The notes under the pieces: model-generated
Databases searched by the model: none
What the model was told of the DNA's origin: nothing
What the model saw: the letters and a program-made list of their open reading frames with translations, nothing else
Made by a program: the position numbers and the translations under genes
Part shown: in pieces, positions 1-64,000 of the stretch
How positions within the stretch are numbered: position 1 is the first letter of the stretch
Layout: every line of letters starts with the position of its first letter
Assembly (NCBI GenBank): GCA_964016885.1
Contig: OZ024742.1
Coordinates: 294,128,001 to 294,192,000, forward strand
DNA length: 64,000 bases
DNA from: Eledone cirrhosa
Lineage: Eukaryota
Reading direction: 5' to 3'

Positions 1-439
1 TGCACTGGTAATTGCTGGCCTTGTGCCTAAAGTAGAAACAATTATTTATACATAAATTAGATAAAGAAAACAACAACAATAAAAAGGATGTATGGTATCC
101 CTATCATCATTTTATATCTTTTGGCATGTGTTGGACAGGTCAGAAAAGACCATATATTGGTCATATATTCCATATCTTAGCATTGTTTCTATGTCTGGAT
201 GTCTTTCTTAATGCCAGTCACTTTACAGAATATATTGGGTACATTTTATTGTGACACCATCACTACGACTTTGCAGAGTGTATTGGGTACATTTTATAAT
301 GATATGACTGAAGAGACCTCTCTAATCTATATTGTCCTAATAATATTTTTATTGAACAATTTGTCAATTTTAGTTGCTAATTTCCTTGTCCAGTAAAGTT
401 TGGAAAGAATGGAAATAAGAATAGCTTTGTGAATGAGTA

Positions 440-790
440 GAGTATGCTCAGTAATAGGAAGACAAACACTGAAATGCAAACGATGATGAGAATAGAGCTA
501 GTGATGAATGTTATGAAGGGAAATGGATTGAAATGTTTGGATAACATGTACAGGAAGGATGAAAGTGATTGGGTGAGAAGAGTGATAGAAATAAATATGG
601 AAGGAAGTAGAGGAAAAGAATGACCAAAGAATATAGTTAAAGATGATGGAGAAGGAAATGAAAGCTAGTGGGGTTGATGGGGAGTATGCAGACGATAGGG
701 GGAAAATGGAGAAGCTTGTCATGGGGCTCACAATGCTAACCACAGCTTTAGCCAGGAAAATGACCTTAAAATGTTTGCTGTTGTTGCTAA
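440..790 (+). mobile_element. degenerate RTE-like LINE 3' fragment
   Basis: Decayed WVRRV..EGSRG..DRGKWR C-terminal motif and (GTT)n-like tail. Confidence 0.5.
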
Positions 791-2029
791 GTTATATGTG
801 ACTCACTACACTCAGTTGAATGTGCACCACACACATAATGCCCCACACCCCATGTTCTCCACCCAATTTGCAGCCCTAAATAACCCAATTTAATTTTGAG
901 GTTTAAGTTGTATTTTCTTGGTTTATTCTGCTTTTCCCAGAGAGAATGTTCAAATTTACTGAGTGTGTTGTTATTTTTATTTATTTTCTAGTAGAAATAT
1001 CAAATGGGTTTATTTTCTAGAGAGAATATTTTGGAATTATCAAATGGGTTTACTCTCTAGAGAGAGTATTTTAGAATTATAAACTATGATTACTTTTCAG
1101 AGAGATTGATTAAACATTTCCAAATGGGTTTACATTCAAGAGAGAGTTATGTTTGTTGTACTGTTCATGTCTTTGCCAGGGTTTTTCTGGCTGGAAGCCC
1201 TTTCTATTACCAACCCCTTTACAGTATGAACTGGGTGCATTATTTGTGCCACCAGCACTAGAGAGGTTGTCTTACTGAACTCAAGAGTCCTCTCCACCCT
1301 GTGTTTGTTTTTATTTGGAGTATTTACTCTACTAGATGGGTTGTCTTCACTACAGTTTACAAGAGCCCACATCTACCCTGTGCAATACTTTTGTAATCGG
1401 AGTTACTGCCCTCCTAGATGGGTTACTGGCATCATGGCTTGCAGAGGCCATGTCTGTCCTATGCAGTCATTTTTAATCATAATCCCTACTCTCCTAGGAG
1501 GGCTACCAACATTTCAGGTGTGGGGTCGGCGTCTAAGGTTTTAAAATTATTAAATGGGATTACTTTTCAAAGAGAATGTTTACCTTTGTGTTTATTTTCC
1601 AGAGAGAATGTAGATGTCACAGTGGATATGAATGGATTGACGGATCTGGGTGCCATCTTAAGGATCTTTGTCTCACCAAGCCATATATGTGCCATAAATA
1701 TGCCATATGTAAGACAATTCCACCAGGTGAAATATTGTAAGTTGAATCCTCAGACATGCATTCACAGATAGACACCCCCACACACCTACACATACACACA
1801 TACAGTGACACATACACACACACACACAATGACACATACACACACATAGAGGTACACACATATACACATACATTCACACACAATGACATATACATTCACA
1901 TAGATGTATATACTCACATAGACACATGCACAAACATATGCACACACATAGACCCATAGACATAGACATAGACATACATATGCGCATGCACACACACACA
2001 CACATGCACACATACAAAATCACACATAA

Positions 2030-2330
2030 ATGTGTTGGACCTCCATCAGTTCCAGTGATGAGTGTGTTGGTTGTTTAATCATCAGATCAGCCTGCTCAGG
2101 AAATTGACATACAAGTGGCTGAGTATTCCACAAACATATGTACTTTTACATTGTGCAACAATGTTGGCTTTTTAAATTAAAGGTACAACTAATTTTATTT
2201 ACCTGGGTGGACTGGAGCCATGAGAACTAATGTGTCTTGTTCAAGGACACAACACACTGCTGGGAATCAAATTTATAACCTAAGGATTGTGAGCTGCATA
2301 CCCTAACTACTAAGCTACATGCCTTCACAC
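2030..2330 (-). mobile_element. tRNA-derived SINE (degenerate)
   Basis: Reverse tRNA-like head near 2330 and CTTGAACAAGACAC core shared with other SINE copies. Confidence 0.6.
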
Positions 2331-3104
2331 AAACATATGCACACATGCATATGAGTACACATATGCACACAGACACATACATACAGAACACTAGCACTTT
2401 ACAGAGTGTACTGGGTGCATTTTATTGTAGCACCATCACCAGAGAGGTTGCTATATGCTCAGCTAGACTGAAGATAGAACATTTATTTAAAACATTTTGT
2501 AAATATAAATAAAATTTATATAACGAATGTGATTTACCAAAAAAGACAAATAATAAAAAATTAATCAAAGAAAAAATAATGTAAAAAAAAGACTATGCTG
2601 ACACATGCTACAACAGGGAATGCTGGTTTTTCCTTCTAAAAAAATGTTTGAGGCTAACCAAGGCACATATGGGCTGTCACAATCTAAGCCTAGACAGGTC
2701 AAAGGAGCACATTTTGCTCAAACATTCCATATTTTTGGCATGTTTTCTACAGTTGAATGCTCTTCCTAATGTCAACCTTTTTATATTATCATCATCATTT
2801 ATGTCTGCTTTCCATATTGGCATGGGTTAGACAGGTTGTCATGGTCCAGATGAGACAGGTCAGGGAACCACATTTTGCTCATACATTCCATATTTTTGGC
2901 ATGTTTTCGACAGTTGGGTGCTCTTCCTAATGCCAACCTCTTTACACAACAAATACATATCTCATTAACTCCATATTGAATAAAAATTTCATATTTTTTT
3001 CTTGTAATACATTTTCCTGAAAATATGCAGAAATATCAAATGGCTTTTATAACATTACACAAAGTAAAAAACAAAACAATAAAATTGTTGTTAATTTCTT
3101 TAAG

Positions 3105-61493
<58,389 letters not shown>

Positions 61494-64000
61494 CATCAAC
61501 TGTGTGTCTTGACAAATAAGACACCATTTTAACAACATATATAAAAAAAATTTATTCTAAATAAATGGCTGAGGTCTTTACAAAAATAAGACTTTGCAAT
61601 TTATTTCTAATATTTTCATTTCTCCTTTTCAGATAAGGGCCCAACAATAATGCATTTTATAAGTTAGCATTTAAACCAGTTGTATCCGGTCAGAATTCTC
61701 TCACTTCTTTCTGTTCAAACCAACCATTCATACTGATGTTAAGGTATTGTTCTCAAAATAAATAATATCAAAATCTCATAGATACCTTATTATGTGAGAT
61801 AGAGCCTTTACTGCAAAAATACAATAGTATATACAGAGTAATGTAAATGCTAAAGGGTTAAAGCCATTAAAACAGGGGGTTAGCCTTGCAGGCACCATGA
61901 CACATTTCATATGGTCATGAGGTCTATTTTCAGGCAATGTTTTATGGCCAAATACCCTTCCTGGTGGCAACACCTCTTATACTGACACAGTGTACTTGTT
62001 CAATACCTGATAACACATAGAATCCAACAATATTGTTTTGTTTTATATTACTAATATGTAGTTATTTCTCTCTAGTGCATCTCCTTTGACCTTGTAACAA
62101 TTTACAATGATACTGCTGCACCAGGCATTTAGATATGAACCCCAACCTGTACTACTTGATAAACTCTGCAACTGTCTAGCTTGTATCCCATCATGCTGAT
62201 TTAGGTATGAGGCCAGCAATTTGGGAGGAGGGAAAAATCAATTAAATCAACCCTCATACTTGATTGATACTTTATTTTATCAACCTAAGAAAGATGAAAT
62301 GCAAAGCTAACTTTGGTGGGATTTGAACTCAGATTATAAACAGCCAGAACAAATACCAAAAAGCATTTATCTTAAGTTCTAACAATTCTAAGCCCCTGCT
62401 GGAGTTAATAAAATTAAATACCAATTAAGTGCTAGGTCAATAACTAGTAATGAATTGCTGAAATCATTGAAGTATTGGACAAAATACCTTGGAATATTTA
62501 TGGGGTCAATTTAAAGTACCAATCAAGTACTGGGTCAATATAGTTGACATCCTCCTCTCCCCTAATTTCTTACCTTGTACCTCTGTTAGAAACATTTCTA
62601 TTACCTCCCACAGTATCTTACTGCAGGTCAGAAGATGTCAGGCTACTAAACCTTTTAAAACAAGGAAGTTTGCTGTTTTAACAATCATGAATCTACTATT
62701 AAGTATTGGTGCCAATTCAATCAACTTCTGGCTTTATGCCAATGTTAGAAACAATTTTTTTTCATTATATATCTCATATTAGCTGTTAGTCTTAAAACTA
62801 GCATCTGTGTATCAGACATTATTTCCAATAGTAAGGGCGGTGAATTGGCAGTATCGGTAGAGGGTTGGACGCCATGCTTTCTAACATAGTTACGTCCCTT
62901 TATGGTCTGAGTTCAACTTTGCCTTTCATCCTTATGGGGGTCGATAAAATAAAGTACCAGTAATGTACTGGGTAATTGCTGGCCTTGTGCCAAAAGTAGA
63001 AACAATTATTTCCAATAGTAAACATAAGTTGGTAAGAGTGTTGAACTTTCAATCAGAATGTTATGCGTTTGATTCCTGGACTGGGTTTTGTGTTGTGTTC
63101 TTGAGCAAAACATCTCATTTCAAGTTGCTCCATTATACTCAGCTGAACATAAGAAACCAGGATAAGCACCGACCTGATGAGCCCCTGAGCGTGGGTCAGA
63201 CTTTAGAGATATCTCTTATTGATGAGGTAGCAAATTGATAGAGTTGTGAGAACATCAGCTAGAATGCTTTGCTATATTTGTTTCAGCTCTCCTTACTCAA
63301 AAGTTCAATTCCTGCCGAGACCAACATTATTTTTCATCCTTTTGAGCTTCACAAAAGAGTACCAGTCCAGTACTGGTGTCAATTCTTCCTCTTCTTTGAC
63401 TAGAAGAAATTGACTATGAACAGACCTGGAGATACAGGTTCTGTGGCACTGTTCTCATTTTGTGAATAATATTATCATTGTTTGTACCACATATATTTGT
63501 GTAGGAGCTTTTTTGGTGTATTATGTTGGGTGCCAATGGTCAATATTTGAATAAATTCAAAATTAGGTGGTTGTAGATGTGTTGTGTAAGGATTCAGATG
63601 GTTGGGTATTTTGGGGTGCTATATCAACATTTTTGTGGGATTCGTTGTTTGTAGTGAAGTGGTTATGGTTTAGTTTAATATTTGGATAAATTAGCTAGAT
63701 GTTGATGTGTTGTGTGAGCCTTCTGATTATTATGTAATTTGGTTGACTATTTCAAGGTGCTAAGGTTGTTGGAGTTGTATTCTAGAGGAAAGGTTTTGGC
63801 AATGGAGGCACGATAGTTATTGATATTAAATTTCCAGTTGTGTGTATAACCTATCTCTGTTGTTGAGGTACTTTGGTTGGTGAAGTGAAGAATGTGTTGA
63901 TGGTATCTATACATTTGTCATGGCGTATGCTCTATTCTACAGGAAAGTCTTAGCAGTGTAGGTGCAATAGTGGGGTTGTATCTATATAGCTTCTACCTCT

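Noticed and set aside
930-1620. Additional upstream stabilin exon or separate gene
   Set aside because: Diverged AT-rich repeats (TTTTCCAGAGAGAAT units) and SINE tail pieces; no EGF/FAS1 coding signal.
1617-2013. ORFs rich in C/V/Y/M or H/T/I
   Set aside because: Translations of (CA)n/(TACA)n microsatellites; same for many short ORFs in the track.
63480-64000. Penelope GIY-YIG endonuclease remnant on the minus strand
   Set aside because: Only faint similarity (RYHQH..STTEI) with stops; too degenerate to call.

Overview
AT-rich, intron-rich animal genomic DNA. The SINE/LINE content suggests an octopod cephalopod (inference). The window is spanned by the 3' part of one + strand gene, a stabilin (STAB1/STAB2-family) scavenger receptor. 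I reconstructed 37 GT-AG exons by hand (3105-61493, about 1,400 codons, splice phases consistent throughout), plus a candidate 15-nt microexon. Architecture: EGF-FAS1-FAS1-EGF cluster-FAS1-FAS1-EGF cluster-FAS1-TM-cytoplasmic tail. The N-terminus lies upstream of the window. There is no Link module; a phase-1 intron sits where vertebrate stabilins carry it. The introns are packed with transposon sequence: several RTE-clade LINEs, R4/Dong-like and CRE-like RLE LINEs, a Tx1-like LINE, a deleted Gypsy element with a -1 frameshift signal, tRNA-derived SINEs, MITEs, Helentron-like elements and micro/minisatellites. No prokaryote-type system, CRISPR array or genuine tRNA/rRNA gene was seen. Family assignments and vertebrate comparisons come from motif recognition and recall, not database searches.
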